A DNA stretch of 64,000 bases from Harriotta raleighana (GCA_050575255.1 JBNZDD010013726.1:8198959-8262958); one strand, 5' to 3'; shown: positions 12,222 through 25,520, numbered from the stretch's first letter. Notes: generated by a model not told the origin, from the letters alone. Made by a program: numbers and translations.

Positions 12222-12660
12222 CAAGATTTTCTGGATTGGATCCTCTGGGTGATGGGGAGAGTCTTGGGCTTGTTGGCATTCAACTGTAGAAAGTTAGCTC
12301 TCAGTCTATCAGAACAGTCATAGTCTTGGGTAGAGGCAGAAAGATAGAGTCGGGTGTCATCCACATACATGTGGAAGTTGACCCCATGCCTGTGGATGAT
12401 GTCACCAAAGGGGAGCATGTAGATGTTAAAAATTAGGGGGCCAAGGACAGAGCTCTGGGGGTGATCGTGAGGGGGCTGGAAGAGAAGCAGTTGGTGGCAA
12501 CAAAGTGGAGTCAGTGAGAAATGTAGGATTCGAACCAGGTGAGGGCAGGCCCATGAAGATTAAGCTGGGAGGAGAGGCGGTGTAGGAGGATGAACAGCGT
12601 GAACAGTGTCGAAGGCAGCAGAGAGGTCGAGGAGGACATGGAGGCAGAGAAAGCCCTGAA
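12222..12660 (-). mobile_element. L2-clade LINE reverse transcriptase remnant
   Basis: Minus-strand motifs [34 protein letters not shown] and [11 protein letters not shown] (degenerate YADD); interrupted by deletions. Confidence 0.93.
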
Positions 12661-14792
12661 TAAACAATGAGTCAACCAAAATCTTAACCAGTGTTACCAT
12701 CCTACTGTGCAGTACATTTATTCATTTAATATATTTGTTTTGAAATATGTCTGGCTAAGCTTCAAAGTTGACCTTTTCTGTACAGTGAATTGCCAGAGTC
12801 TGCACCCAATGCACATATATGCACATATAGTTGCTTTACCTTGCATTATTTATGTACATATATATGGACATTTACATTTACCCATTCGTTTTGACAGAAT
12901 TATTGTTGTATATGAGTGAATAGAAAAGAGCTCCTTATTAGGAATATCTCCAAACAATTTCTGTTGTATTTTTTTCCAGAATATCATACATACTGCTTGT
13001 AAATTCCACGACAGGCACCCATAAGGCACTCATTACTGTTGAATTTCCACAGGTCAAACACAGCTGCATTTGTTTCGAATATTGTTATCAAAATCAAATA
13101 ATACTCTTCAAAAATTTCGAGTACAATATTACTCAATTTCTCCCTTCATTAANTCATTACTGTTAAATTTCCACAGGTCAAACACAGCTGCATTTGTTTC
13201 GAATATTGTTATCAAAATCAAATAATACTCTTCAAAAATTTCGAGTACAATATTACTCAATTTCTCCCTTCATTAACATCCTCCAGTGGGACCACTGGGT
13301 CTTTCGTTTTCAGTTTCTGAGAACAAAGCAAATAAGGTCTCCACAAATCTCAAGAGAAACATCTCTCTTTCCTCCACTGTCAGCAAACTAGATGGAAATG
13401 ATCTTTTTGCAGAACTGCGCACTCGATTTCTGAACAATATGAGGATATCATTTTCTAGCAAATGCTGTCACTCATTATGAATGGCTGGAGGGTATTGACT
13501 ACCTCCAGTACTTGAGCTATGTCCATTATTGGTTGTAGCCTAAGAGGTAATGGCTCTTATGTCAAGCTTTTCACAGAAAACATGAATTGTTTTATGTATT
13601 TTAGGCAGATTTATTTATATTGATATATTTGGCTCTTGTCTTCAATCGAATATGCTTTATTTTGACAAAGCAATGGATGATCAAACACATGACCACATTT
13701 ATAGTCAATATCAGATCCAGTACTCGACATTGACTGGTGTATAAATGACCCAGTGCATAATGACAAACCTGTCCTCTGGGTGAAGGCTACGCATAAATAT
13801 TAGACTTTTTGACCTTGTGTCTCTGGGTGAAAACATACTGTATTTTTCCAGTTCCCAGGGGAACCTTAATTACTATTTTAATAAAGGCTCACAAATAAAT
13901 AAGCTTTACTACATCGCCATAGTAACCGTATTATGCCCTCCAACTACACAAAGCTACGTCTATGACTCAGCTTAAACATAACTGTATGCAGCAGTTGCAA
14001 ATTACTGTATGAATAAGGATTGTATCATGAAAGAGCCCACTTAAATTTCATCTTAAAATTAAAAGAAAGTTTTCTTAAAAATCCACTGGTAAAACATGTC
14101 TGAGTGAAACAAAGTGCCAAGGGAGCGAACTCTCTTGTGAAGCCATAGAAGCTGAAACCTAAACCATTAATAATCCAAACTTTAGCAACCAATTAATGTG
14201 CATACTTTAATGCCATATGTAGCAAGCAGTAGACACAACATGTTAGAAATATACACTTGGCTGGAGACCGAATTTTCCTGTTTTTGTCTTGAATCTATTT
14301 TGTGCATATAGTTTGGTTTTGCACATGGCTTTATGTTAACTATTGATCAATTTTATTTATTTTTATTGAAAAAGACACACACAAAATATCGAGGCTGATT
14401 TCCTAAACCAACAAGAAGCAAATGTCCTTGTGGTATGAACTGTTTTCCTGCAATACCCTCAGTTAAATGGTGCTAATTGGTTGCAATTATACGTAATGAT
14501 GTTTCATTCCAGAAGGTGGTGCTCATAGATGAGGACCAAGGGTGAGGGTGAAATGTCGCTTGAATTTCCACCATTAATTTGTTTTGTGTTTTTAAATATT
14601 TAGGATAATGCAACCTATCAACAAATCTATATGATAAAATAATGCTGAACAATCTGCAGTTTGGCTCTCAGATAGAGTTGATCTTCTCAACCAAACTTCA
14701 AGAGACAACGTTAATCAATAAGGCTCGCATTCATTCCAGAGTAACAGATTTGAACTTGTGTCCGCAGTAATTACTGATGATGTTTCTCATAC

Positions 14793-15006
14793 CTGGATAT
14801 CAAACAGCAGTCGTGAATCATACTTGGCTCCACAAATATTTCATTATCTTCATCTGTTTTCATCAGTCTCCCATTATGATGCCAGTGAGCTTGGGTTGTT
14901 TCGTCCACGTAGGTTGCAGTGCAGAGAAATGGCAAACGATCACCGTGAAACACCACTTGGCGACGGGTTGGAATAATCTGGAACAAAGGCAACTCCAGAG
15001 GGCCAT
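14793..15006 (-). CDS. ADGRA1: ADGRA Ig-like domain exon (about exon 7): DGPLELPLFQIIPTRRQVVFHGDRLPFLCTATYVDETTQAHWHHNGRLMKTDEDNEIFVEPSMIHDCCLIS
   Basis: 214 bp, phase 1-2, acceptor tttttgccatcag|AT, donor AG|gtatga. RQVVFxGDRLPFxC motif of ADGRA proteins; overlaps ORF 14771..15031. Confidence 0.97.
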
Positions 15007-15119
15007 CTGATGGCAAAAATGATGGCCACATACACGATAGTCATAGATTAGTTATATGTTGGGTAACATTTGGACAATTGGTAATACTTGTGCACAATTA
15101 AAGAAGAACTAGGTGACCA

Positions 15120-15410
15120 CAACAACAACACCAAATTTACATTTGTAGAGCGCTTTTCGCATCAGGAGAACGTCGCAAGGAGCTGAACGGTCAGGTCGGG
15201 ACCCGAGCAAGGGAGAGGGGCAGGGTGGGGGGGCGGCGGGGGGGGGGGGGGGGGNGTTAGGAGGGGTGGGAGAGAGTTGGGAGGGCAGCAGAAGGCATGG
15301 TTGAAGAGGAGGGTCTTGACATCAGCCTTGAAGGATGCGAGGAAGGGAGCGAGGCGAAGGGACTGTGGGATGGAGCTCCAGAGTGTGGGGGCAGAGAGGC
15401 TGAAAGTAGG
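15120..15410 (-). mobile_element. L2 LINE 3' end containing a poly-G tract (N at 15255)
   Basis: aacaacaac..aaatttacatttgtagagcgcttttc; collinear with 60888-61315. Confidence 0.9.
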
Positions 15411-17164
15411 GCAGGGGGACTAAAATGTATGCACAATATATAGCACTAAATACATTTATTATCAATAATCTAAAACACATCCACACATTTGCGAAACAGT
15501 TTAATAAAACTGTGTTGTATTTCTAAGCACGGTGGGTTCATGCCTGCAGAGTTATACTGTACTTGGTCGCAGGCAGAATTGTTCACTTTTGAATTGGATC
15601 CAATCAGCTGTTCAGAATTGTGCCTTACATTTCTTCCTGTGAAATTAATCTGACACTTATCATTATGATTATTGTGATGATAATGTTATTTGAAAAACCT
15701 ATTTTGCAGGCTTCTGGAACAGGGAGCCAATACAGTATTTGACTGCTATTTTAAGAACTGTTCCGATGAATTTTGCCCTCGTAACCTTTTACCTTGTTTT
15801 TGTGTGATTTATGATATGTAAGTAGGGAATATTACAGTGTTTGACTAAAATTCCCAATCAGAATCTAAAGGCATGGCAGTTTACTTAACAGTAGTCTACA
15901 AAACTCTATAGTTGGCCAAAAGACAAATCAAATATGTTCGATATCAACTCCCACAGTGAACATCGTGCGTTTTGTGTATGCCTGCTCAAATCTACATCTG
16001 TCCGACATTCTTTTGATTTCTTTCAACAGAAGTATGCTTCAAAACACAAGTCACTTGCACCCTAGATCCTCCAGTCGCTTTATGCTGTACTTAGATTGGA
16101 TTTTGTTTCTCTAACCAGAATGAGATTCCCTTTCTGAACTTTACAAGATAATATTTCAATTTCATATGAACACCAGTTTGAGCAGAAAGACACTTGCTGC
16201 TGTACAATCCCAACAATACACTTTAAAATCAGAATCTAATTTAATAAATAGTTGAAAATTGCTGCTGCACTTTTCCAATTTTTATTGTTTCAAAATTACA
16301 TAAAGCGAAGATTATTTGGGTCTTTAACAATCTAAGGCAGTTTAAGTTTAATAGAGTTCTTTCTTGTTAAAGACCTGGGATAATTTTAGTTAGAAGTACA
16401 GTAGTGATCATGATTAATTCCCATCCTTGATTCTTTCAGTTGTAAACATAATGCTCAAGACAGTCAAATGTTGCATTATTGAGATGAAGGATAATACTAT
16501 GAGGAAATAAAGCATTTTCCTATTTGCTATTAACACTGCCAAAGATCCCTCAGGTTAGGTCAAACAAAGATGTAATTTGATCATCCCCTTTTGCATCATG
16601 ACGTACAATCATGGAAAATGTAGAGCGCAGAGGAAAGCCATTCCGCCAATCAATGCTGACACTCGATGAGATCGTGAAACTGCATCATTGTGATATGTGA
16701 ACTTCCCATAACAATGTCGAATACTGATGTGACAAAATGCTGGATATCCTACTGAAATAGCATCCAAGTGATTGACTGGGAGCAAATTGTCTGGAGCCGT
16801 CTGAGAATTGTTTTTCCACTGAATTTCCCTTTTAGAAGCTTTCGGAAATATTCAGTGGGAAACTAATTTCTCTGGTGTGTTTTGATCGCTTGTGTTGAGC
16901 TGACCTAAAGTAAAGTTTCCCATCACACACTACAATTGGAAAATACCGAATAGGAGGATATGTTACGTCCAAATATCAATCAGATACTTGGAGTGCATCT
17001 GTTGAAGCTGCTTTATTGTTTGCATTTGTCTTGTACTGTATGAGGTGGTATTTCATGCTTATAGATTCTTTGGGACTGGATGAAGACTGGAAAAACTCCT
17101 ATTTCCAAATACAATACATGGTTACTTTTTTAAGGCTTTATTTGGTCTGTTAAACTTAATCCAT

Positions 17165-17345
17165 CCCCAAAAAACACAATAATAAAAATTGGTTATGTCA
17201 ATCCATGACTGTTTGTGGGACACTGACTGCCGTGATTCTCCCACAAATATAGTCAATTCACTTCACAGTATATTCTGCGAAGCGCTTTGAGACGTTGATA
17301 AGATGTGATAAGCTCTATATCAAATGCAAGGATTATTATTATTAG
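17165..17345 (+). mobile_element. SINE 3' two-thirds
   Basis: tcaatccatgactgtttgtgggacactg...aagcgctttgagacg...tatatcaaatgcaaggattattatt. Confidence 0.88.
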
Positions 17346-17632
17346 TAGTAAACTTCAAGGTATTATTCGATTTTAAAAATTCCAGTGTACGTCTGATTCC
17401 TCTAATCCCAATCACTTTTTCCAATCACTCTGCTCCCTCTGGCTCCAAACTGCGAACCTTTTGGGCACACATTGTTACAAAATAAACTCAATAATAATCC
17501 TTGAGATAGTGCATACAATATCAAAATATCTCAAAGTGCTTGCGGTAATTACCACTGAGCAGAGTTAAGTTTGAATTTGTAAGTGATCTAGGACAACAGA
17601 TATCAACTCCATGAAACAAAGCTTCCACTCAC

Positions 17633-17796
17633 CACATGTCAACTGGTTCTGCGTTAGGGTTTTGAATGGTTGGCCCTGCAGAATTGTTGGGTAAATACAC
17701 AATGTTTCATCTGCTATTCGAACAGAGGCATTTTGGGCCCACTGCAAGATCCATCCAAGGTTGCAGTCACACATTAAGGATTCAGAGCCAAAGTGC
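17633..17796 (-). CDS. ADGRA1: ADGRA LRR C-terminal cap exon (about exon 6): HFGSESLMCDCNLGWILQWAQNASVRIADETLCIYPTILQGQPFKTLTQNQLTC
   Basis: 164 bp, acceptor gtctgcag|G, donor G|gtgagt. LRRCT pattern CDC..W..W...C..P..L.....L.C; overlaps ORF 17565..17774. Confidence 0.96.
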
Positions 17797-20700
17797 CTGC
17801 AGACGCATAAATTTTACATGTAAGGAATATTTAAACAGATATGAGTCACAAACAGTGGAGTCTATAATATATAAACCCCAACCTCTTCACAGGTGTTCAG
17901 TTATGGTCTTGGTTATAAGAGTAGCAAAACCCTATTTGATTTTTGTTTTTTTTAAGGAAATACTTTTGTTTGGAAGCTTCAAAGATATTGAATGTAGATT
18001 CATCAACAGTGAGTTATTGTTTTACTGGTGTAAGTCTACAAATCCTGGGAATCTTGCTATTTGTAGGTCATTCAGTCTCATGAAATATCGTGGGACAATT
18101 TACAGTATTCCTTAATGTATTTAAAGAGTACTGTACACAATACCAGCTGGTAGCACTCTCTAAGTAACTGATTTGTCTCTCTCAAAATCCTAGTACAGTA
18201 CTGTCATTTGGGAGGTGGTGGGAGCTCCTCGTTTGTTTTGCAAATTTTAAGATCTACGCGAGAATGGGATTTCCTTCGGGTTTAAAATTACTTTTTGAGA
18301 TTTGATCCAGCTCGGAGTGTCAATTCATGCTGCTTGTGTTCCTTAAAGCATTCCTTAAATAGGTTAAAGAATGATATAAGGAATAACAGAGATTATATCC
18401 CCATTATTATTATTATAGATTAATTGGTACACAAATTCTAATCTACATACACAGATTACATTTACACCCATCAATGGCCTAAACACAAACTCTAGCAATT
18501 TTGTATTTTGGCTATTGGAAGTAGAATGGAATGCCTTGAGGACGAAAATAATGAAATATAAGCAATTTGAGCTTGTTCTAATCGTGTCAACAAAATACTG
18601 TAGAAGATTGTCTGTAATCTTATGGAATGTGCTGCTTGTGAGACGTGAAGTAATATTTTGAGGAGGAGGCAGGCCACAAATTGGCCATATTTTATTTTTC
18701 AGAATCAAGACTGAAGACTCTGACCTTTGATCTATGATTTTTCTACTCAACTAGTGCGCATGTTTAATGGAAGATTTCTACATCCTGCATTCAACCAATT
18801 GGGGAAGCTTTCAGGGGTTATGCTCAATAAGTCCTCGCCTCTCAAATTCCTCTTCTAGCTATTCAGAAGGCAAATTTAAGATGCATTCCACAGTCATGAG
18901 GTTACCCACGAGCTTACATTGGTGAAAGCAACACAAGGTCACTTCCATCAGTAGAGTACTGTGGAGCAAAAATACCTGTGCAATGAATCTGTTTGGAGTT
19001 GTAACCGAATGCTATTTTGTTAGTATTCCAGGACATTTTGATACAAATTTTTACAATTAATATTAATTGAAATAGGTTTTTTAACAAAATAATTAATAAT
19101 CAAACTGGCACTGTTGTCTTATTTCACATTTGTCCCAAAAACGCATTTCATAGTGTGTCCTGTGCAAATAAGCAGTGAAACGTTATTTGAATCCATTTGA
19201 ATGCATTCCAAATCCTGTTGAATGCTACCAATTTGCCTTATCCTGGTAATCTAGCTTCATATGGTGCTTGAACAAATTTTTGATGATCAAATAAGTCGTC
19301 TCCCATACCATTTAATAAAACACCAAACACGGCAGAAATGTCTTGAGATTTCATCCACCCGTGTGAACATGGCTTTATCCATTTATCTTGATCTTCCATT
19401 GCTGAGATACCTCTTAGTCTACCTGTTTTGCCACTATTCTACGTGCCCTTTTCATCTTAGAAATACTCACATATAGAATCTTATCAATTGCTTTCTGTGA
19501 ATCCAAGTACTGTACGTAGAGTAGATAACCTTCATCTTATAGGATAGTATAATATAATTTAGAGTTTAGCTTTGTATTTCTCTATTTCCAAGGCAAACTC
19601 TCCAGCTATTAAAATTGTGCTAACTTCCCAAACATAGTTTATTGTTCATTCTTTTTACACCGATGGTGTAAACTTCAGAAATAATTATTGGTTACAATTT
19701 TGGGTCATATAGATCCTGTGTTATTTATGCCCTCCCAAGCAGAATCTAATAATGGAAGGGCAAAATGCACATTAATGCTATTTATAAATATGTACATAAG
19801 GGCACCAATCAATTGTTTCAGTGCATAACATACTGACAATTAGCTTCTCAGTTACTAGTTTTATTAGATACCTAATGACTTTAAATGTTTTATGAGGCAT
19901 TACACTTTCAAAGTGCTACAAAGGGTTGTACTGTATGATTGCTTGCCTGAGAGCGTTTGTTTTTTATTGGACTTTTATACATTTTTAAATTACTTTGTAA
20001 CAATATTAACACCAGATTTTACAATGCAGAATTATATAAATTAATATTTCCGTTTTAATACAACATTACCATTTATATTTTCCAAAATTGTTCATTTGTA
20101 ACAATTTCAAACTGAGTCCCTTTCTGAAGTGGAACACATTCTTCATGTAACACTACACTGTTTACAATATACCGTAGAGAGTTCTGTTTAAGTAAAATGA
20201 ACTAGGCTCAAAATATTTTTCGCCCTCCTGCACAGGTGCAAATGTTATTTACAGCAGCTAAAACAATTGTCAGCTTTTTCGATCCATACTTATGACTGGA
20301 ATTTAGAAAGCTATTCAAGAACCTATACTGGGGCTTGAAGAAATACTGGTTCAAAGTGCCCTGGATGGCAGTATTCAAATAGATGCTATGAAATTTGCAG
20401 AACAATTTACAGACAGACGCAAGTTCTAACACTAAGGAATGAGCAATCTTATGGCATCGAGAACTAAATCCAGAAATGCTTTCATATATGCTGAGGCATT
20501 TGTCCATAACTTCTGTGGTATTGGTCTCAATTCCAGGATTTTATTTTGCACTTATTTTAACCCAGATTCCTGTCTCAACAGCGGGGATATACAGTTTTTT
20601 AAAGAAAAAAATATGGCTAGTAATCTTACATGATTGCTCACGTATTGAGACGGTCTCCTCTGGCAAGTATTTCTCTCTCATGCATTGAAAAACAAAATCA

Positions 20701-21440
20701 ACATGGTGCTTACCTCATTGGAATATAATTAACCTGCCGATTTATTATCTATTTGCAGCTGACCAGAAAATTACTACTTTGCATTTGGATGCATATGAGA
20801 AGTGTCAGCGATACTGGGTGCACATAGCAATATTATGTCAGGGGGAAATGTCACTCACTGAACCTATTTGTCTAAATGCATTTCATCAAGATTTCTCTTC
20901 TCCTCGCACTGAGTGCAATTGGTAAATGAGATGATTAAAATAACCTTGAGTATCCGAAGGACATTTTATTGCTGTTCAAAAGTACTATTTTTAAACCTTT
21001 TATTAGGTTTCTTTGTTCCTTTATATGGAAAAGGATAGTAAATAAAGGGTTGAGAATATAATTAATTAGTATAAACCTGGCATAGATGGTCTTTTCAGTT
21101 AAGTTGGTGCCAAAAAAAAAATCTGATTCGAATCTATTGTACAGTATTAGGTCAGGTTAAAACAAATTGTTTTTTGTTCAAATAACCTCAGATTACTTTG
21201 ATGCTTCGAATGTTGAACTAGATGACCTGATCTGTGAACAATTTTGTATCTAAATGCCACATTGCTAATGCAGAAGTATTTCCTGATGACATACACTAGG
21301 CATTTGAGTATAACTTTGTTTGAGAAGTTTTTTTAATCCGAATTTCAATGATCTTAAATGCAACATAAAAGAGATTGAAATCAATTGAATAGTATTGAAC
21401 CCTAGTGACCAAGAATTCTTAATCAAAATAGTGTACTCAC

Positions 21441-21512
21441 AAGGCTTTCAGTGTTACAAGTTCAGCAAACAGCCCAAAAGGAAGGGTTGAAAAGATGTTT
21501 CCTGATAAATTT
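21441..21512 (-). CDS. ADGRA1: ADGRA LRR exon (about exon 5): NLSGNIFSTLPFGLFAELVTLKA(L)
   Basis: 72 bp, acceptor ttatcttgtag|AA, donor TT|gtgagt. Carries the NLSGNIFS motif seen in ADGRA2/3. Confidence 0.95.
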
Positions 21513-21884
21513 CTACAAGATAAGAAACCATTTATGAACATTACCAACAGCAATGTAGAATGTGTTAAGGACATATTAGTTTGTAAAATTAATCTCCATC
21601 GATATTCTTAGAAAGATTAAATTGCTTATTATGGCAAATGCGAACAAGTATTATGCGAACAACAACTTGCATTATATAGCACTCTTCATATAAAGTAATA
21701 TCTCGGACAGATTCACAGGACACTGGTCAAAGGAGAAGGGAACAAGGTGGTGACCATAAGTGTGTTCCAAAATAAGAACATAAAGTATGGACAAAATATA
21801 TGTGTACATTTTTTTTAAAGGCATTCAAAAATAACCCAGCACAATATTTTAGGATGCTCCAAGAGAGTAAACTACAGGGCATAG

Positions 21885-22355
21885 ACTGCATCTTATGGAG
21901 GGAAGAGTTGGGAGGGTTGCTGAGTAGAGAGTTGACATAGTCAAGTCCAGAAGTGATGAATGTGTGGATGAGGGTTTTGGCAGCCTGAGGAGAGAGGCAG
22001 TGGTGGAATCGGGCGATTTTGTGGAGGTGGATCATGGCACGGACGTGACTCTCCACTGGAGAGTCAAACAAGATATCAAGGATCTTGACTGGCTCAGTGA
22101 GGAGAGTGTGCATCCATGGATGGTGATCCATTTCAGCACCTTAGGATGTTCCCCCAACACGAAAGGCACTCTACAAATGTAATTTTGTGGTTGTATTTGT
22201 GATGTTGTCAGTGGAGGTGCTGATGAAAACCAATCAGGAGAGTCTCTGTCTTGTTGATGTTCAATCGAAAAAAGCTAGTTCTCATTCAGGACTTGATGTC
22301 TGACACACATTCTGTCAAGACAGCAGTGGTCCTGAAATTGTGGGTGGAAGCAGGA
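21885..22355 (-). mobile_element. L2 ORF2 remnant, interrupted by an opposite-strand L2 tail at about 22128-22198
   Basis: ORF 21727..22131 contains KIARFHHCLSPQAAKTLIHTFITSGLDYVNSLL. After the insert the element resumes with a recognisable FxLNINKTE-type segment. Confidence 0.88.
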
Positions 22356-22499
22356 TTGAGTTAGGATAAAGAAAGTACTGTATATCAAATTCCTTTCGTT
22401 TGATATGCTCTCTGTACTAGCAATTATGAATCATTGCAAATTAAACACTATTATCTGCTTAATTAAGTCACTAATGGTAAGCAAATGTTTTGTACTTAC

Positions 22500-22571
22500 A
22501 ATTTAGAGAGGCGTGAAAGACTTGCAAACATTTGAGGACTGAGACATCCAATCCTGTTGTTAGACAGATCC
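22500..22571 (-). CDS. ADGRA1: ADGRA LRR exon (about exon 4): DLSNNRIGCLSPQMFASLSRLSK(L)
   Basis: 72 bp, acceptor tgtccatag|GG, donor TT|gtaagt. Contains the ADGRA signature DLSNNRIGCL and is in frame with neighbouring exons. Confidence 0.95.
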
Positions 22572-23991
22572 CTATGGACACAACAGCAAATAATTAGTTG
22601 TGAAGTATTGTTCATGGTCTCCCCAAAGGCAGAGGAATTCCATCTCTAGTTTTTGTCTCAGTTGGGTTAATACAATTGACCTTCTAAACATTTCTTAATT
22701 AGAATAGTGAGGAAAGAATTTGGGCAACATTTGACGCCTCATCTGTAGCCCTTGTTAAAATGTATGTGCATATTGATTCTGGGTGAGCTTAAGATGTCCA
22801 AACTCAAACAGTTTGCTAACGTTTGGGTCCACACTCTCGCATGAGCAATGGCCCGTTTGGCAAACTCCCACCATCCAAACCAAAATGCACCTCAGTGCAT
22901 TCAGGAGAGAAGGAATCCAAAAATAGAAAGTGGTGAGAAAATAAGTCATTTCTAAATTTGGAGGATCTCTCATATTTGAGCTTTGTGTCTGTCTGCATCC
23001 TACATAAATGTTTCTCCATAAATTACTTGTTTTGTTTCTTGCAATATTACAGACTAGAGTGATATTTTTCATCAGCATTGGATGGTTCATCCATTAGAAT
23101 TATGGAATAATAATTACAAACATGAAACATATCCACGACAATCATTAATCAATACCACACTGAGTAAATCCCTTGACATTAATTCCTCCATGCACAATAC
23201 AATTTACGCTAGGGATGGGTTAGTATGGGAAAATGTGGTTGTAAGATTACTGCAACTTGGGAAGCCCTCCAACAGGAATAGCAGTAAATAAATGTTATTT
23301 ATTGTTGTAACTCTGAATGAAAATAATCTGGTACACAAGTTTCTTGAGAGGATAATAATGAGATACTTGTTAGAATGTGGGAAGCAATTGTTTTGTACAG
23401 ATCACATATTCTTTGTATCAGCAAGTAAAATCAGAATACTGTATAGGCATTTTTGTTCCTTTAGATAGAGATTTCCACTGTCCTATAGACCTGGATATGT
23501 TCATAATGTATATTGGCAACAATCTCAAATACTTTGTTGTTTAGAACATTATTACGATTCTTCCTCTTAATTGAAAAAAAACTCTCCAACAAAGCACTGA
23601 CTCAGCTGTGAATCATTATTGCCGATGCACGCTTGAAATCTTCTGCAGTCAACTCTATCGATGGCATTTAGCTATCCCTTGGTTGACCCATCAGAAATGA
23701 TGCTTCAGTGATACAGAATTACATTCCCAGCAAGTTTCCTTGTTTCCTCACTATTCTAATTAAGAAATGTTTGGAAGGTCATAAAATCAGCCCAATAAAA
23801 GCTCCCAGAGTAAGTATGTTCCCAATTGTTCAGACCACCAGGCAGTGCCACCATTTATTTTTAAATCAAGCTACACAACGTAGGAATTGGTACTGATTCA
23901 TTTTTTGCCAGTAGCTGTTACAAGGCGATGAAAATACTTCTTGATGGTTGTTCTGAAATTGTCCTTTCCAACCCCAAACCTGTTGTCTCTT

Positions 23992-24230
23992 AAACAAAAC
24001 CAGAAATCACTGGGAACACTCAGCAGGTCAGGCAGCATCTATGGAGAAAGGAAAGTGAGTCAGTGCTTCAGGTCCACGACCCTGAGTTGGAATAGAGATT
24101 TCAGACGAAGGGTCATGGACCTGAAACGTTGACTCACTTTCCTTTCTCCATAGATGCTGCCTGAACTGCTGAGTGTTCCCAGCGATTTCTGTTTTTGTTT
24201 CAGATATCTAGCATCTGCAGAATTTTGCGA
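23992..24230. mobile_element. Palindromic Penelope-like-element-derived repeat (about 90-bp inverted arms) with a hammerhead-like core
   Basis: Arm 23992-24083 is largely the reverse complement of arm 24109-24200. The sequence resembles the common chondrichthyan palindromic repeat as recalled. The palindrome is certain; the Penelope assignment is inferred. Confidence 0.75.
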
Positions 24231-25520
24231 TTTTGTTGCTATCGTCTCTATGGTCTACTGTTTTGGTGTATCTGAAAGTAATGTTCTGTGTTTTTATTTC
24301 TTAATCGCATTTTAAAAATCATATACACATCTGTAAACTCCCCTCTTGGTTGTATCTTTTCAAGGTGCAACAACCCTAGCTTGCTTATCATTTCTACGGC
24401 CCCTAAAGCATCCACGTGAATTAAAATTAACTAAGATATGACAAAATGTAATTCAATATTAAAGATTGATGAATTTTGGAAGCTTTTAAAACATTTTTAG
24501 TTGGTCAGAACATTGTTTGAAAAGTTTCCCAAATTCATCAACTCAGCCAATAAATAATACATGTGGTTTGTCAGTATTTTTCTATGTAACAAGGGGCCAT
24601 AAACTATTGCATAATACACAGGGGTTCTTCAGCGAAGGTTAAAAATGTTAAAATTCTCTATACATGCATAGTCATTAAAAATTAAACAGCTGCAGGAATC
24701 CTATACAGAATGTTCTTCAGACAACCTTCTGACATCTTTTCAAATTGCAACCATGTAAAAGTTAGCACATCTGTAATTTATATAAAACAGCAGTAAAACA
24801 TGATTTCTCTCCAAACACTACAGGCATTTGTAAGATTTTCATCATCTCTTTGCCAGCCTGAGGACTGCTGAAGAAGGTTGTCTCTAAGAAGATTTGACTG
24901 TTGAAATGTGTTCAAGCAATATATTTTTGGGTCTTGAATCCTTAATCCTTCAAAATCATTTCACTCTTAATGGTGCGATTAAGTGTTTTTTAAAAAAGGA
25001 AATACCTTAGCCTCTAAGATGTCAAACTAAAGGTATACAATATACACTCTAACCAAGATCCACAGTTAAAAAGCACTAAGGAACTTTAATGAAAGCAGGA
25101 ATCTGTGAATATTTCATCAAAAATGTCAATTATTGAATGTATTGTGATATATTAACAATACTTCTACTTTTTTCTTGCTCTGAAAAACTCGATCACCATG
25201 ATGAACACAAGTATATGATTTCTATAAATTCTTAATCCTTTTGTCAAAATGATAAATATTGGTTTGCTTGTTTCATCTAAAACATTTAAATAATTTCCAT
25301 GCATTGATACAAAACAATGTACTTACTATATTTGCATTACATATTGTCAAAACAGTTAATGTATTAATTGATCCTTAGGAGAGTAATGACATAATATTGA
25401 TGGTCAGCAACTCTTTTATTACCTCCACTGTTTTATTGCTACGTTTCTACCTAACCAGACAAGGTATGAAATGAACTAAGTTGACAGAGCAGAGGCAAAT
25501 CAAATAGATTGAATACTTAC

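Noticed and set aside
15222-15256. Poly-G run, potential G-quadruplex
   Set aside because: Part of an L2 3' UTR and contains an N, so its length is unreliable.
17666-18115. 149-aa plus-strand ORF
   Set aside because: Partly the antisense shadow of the LRRCT exon; otherwise low-information sequence.
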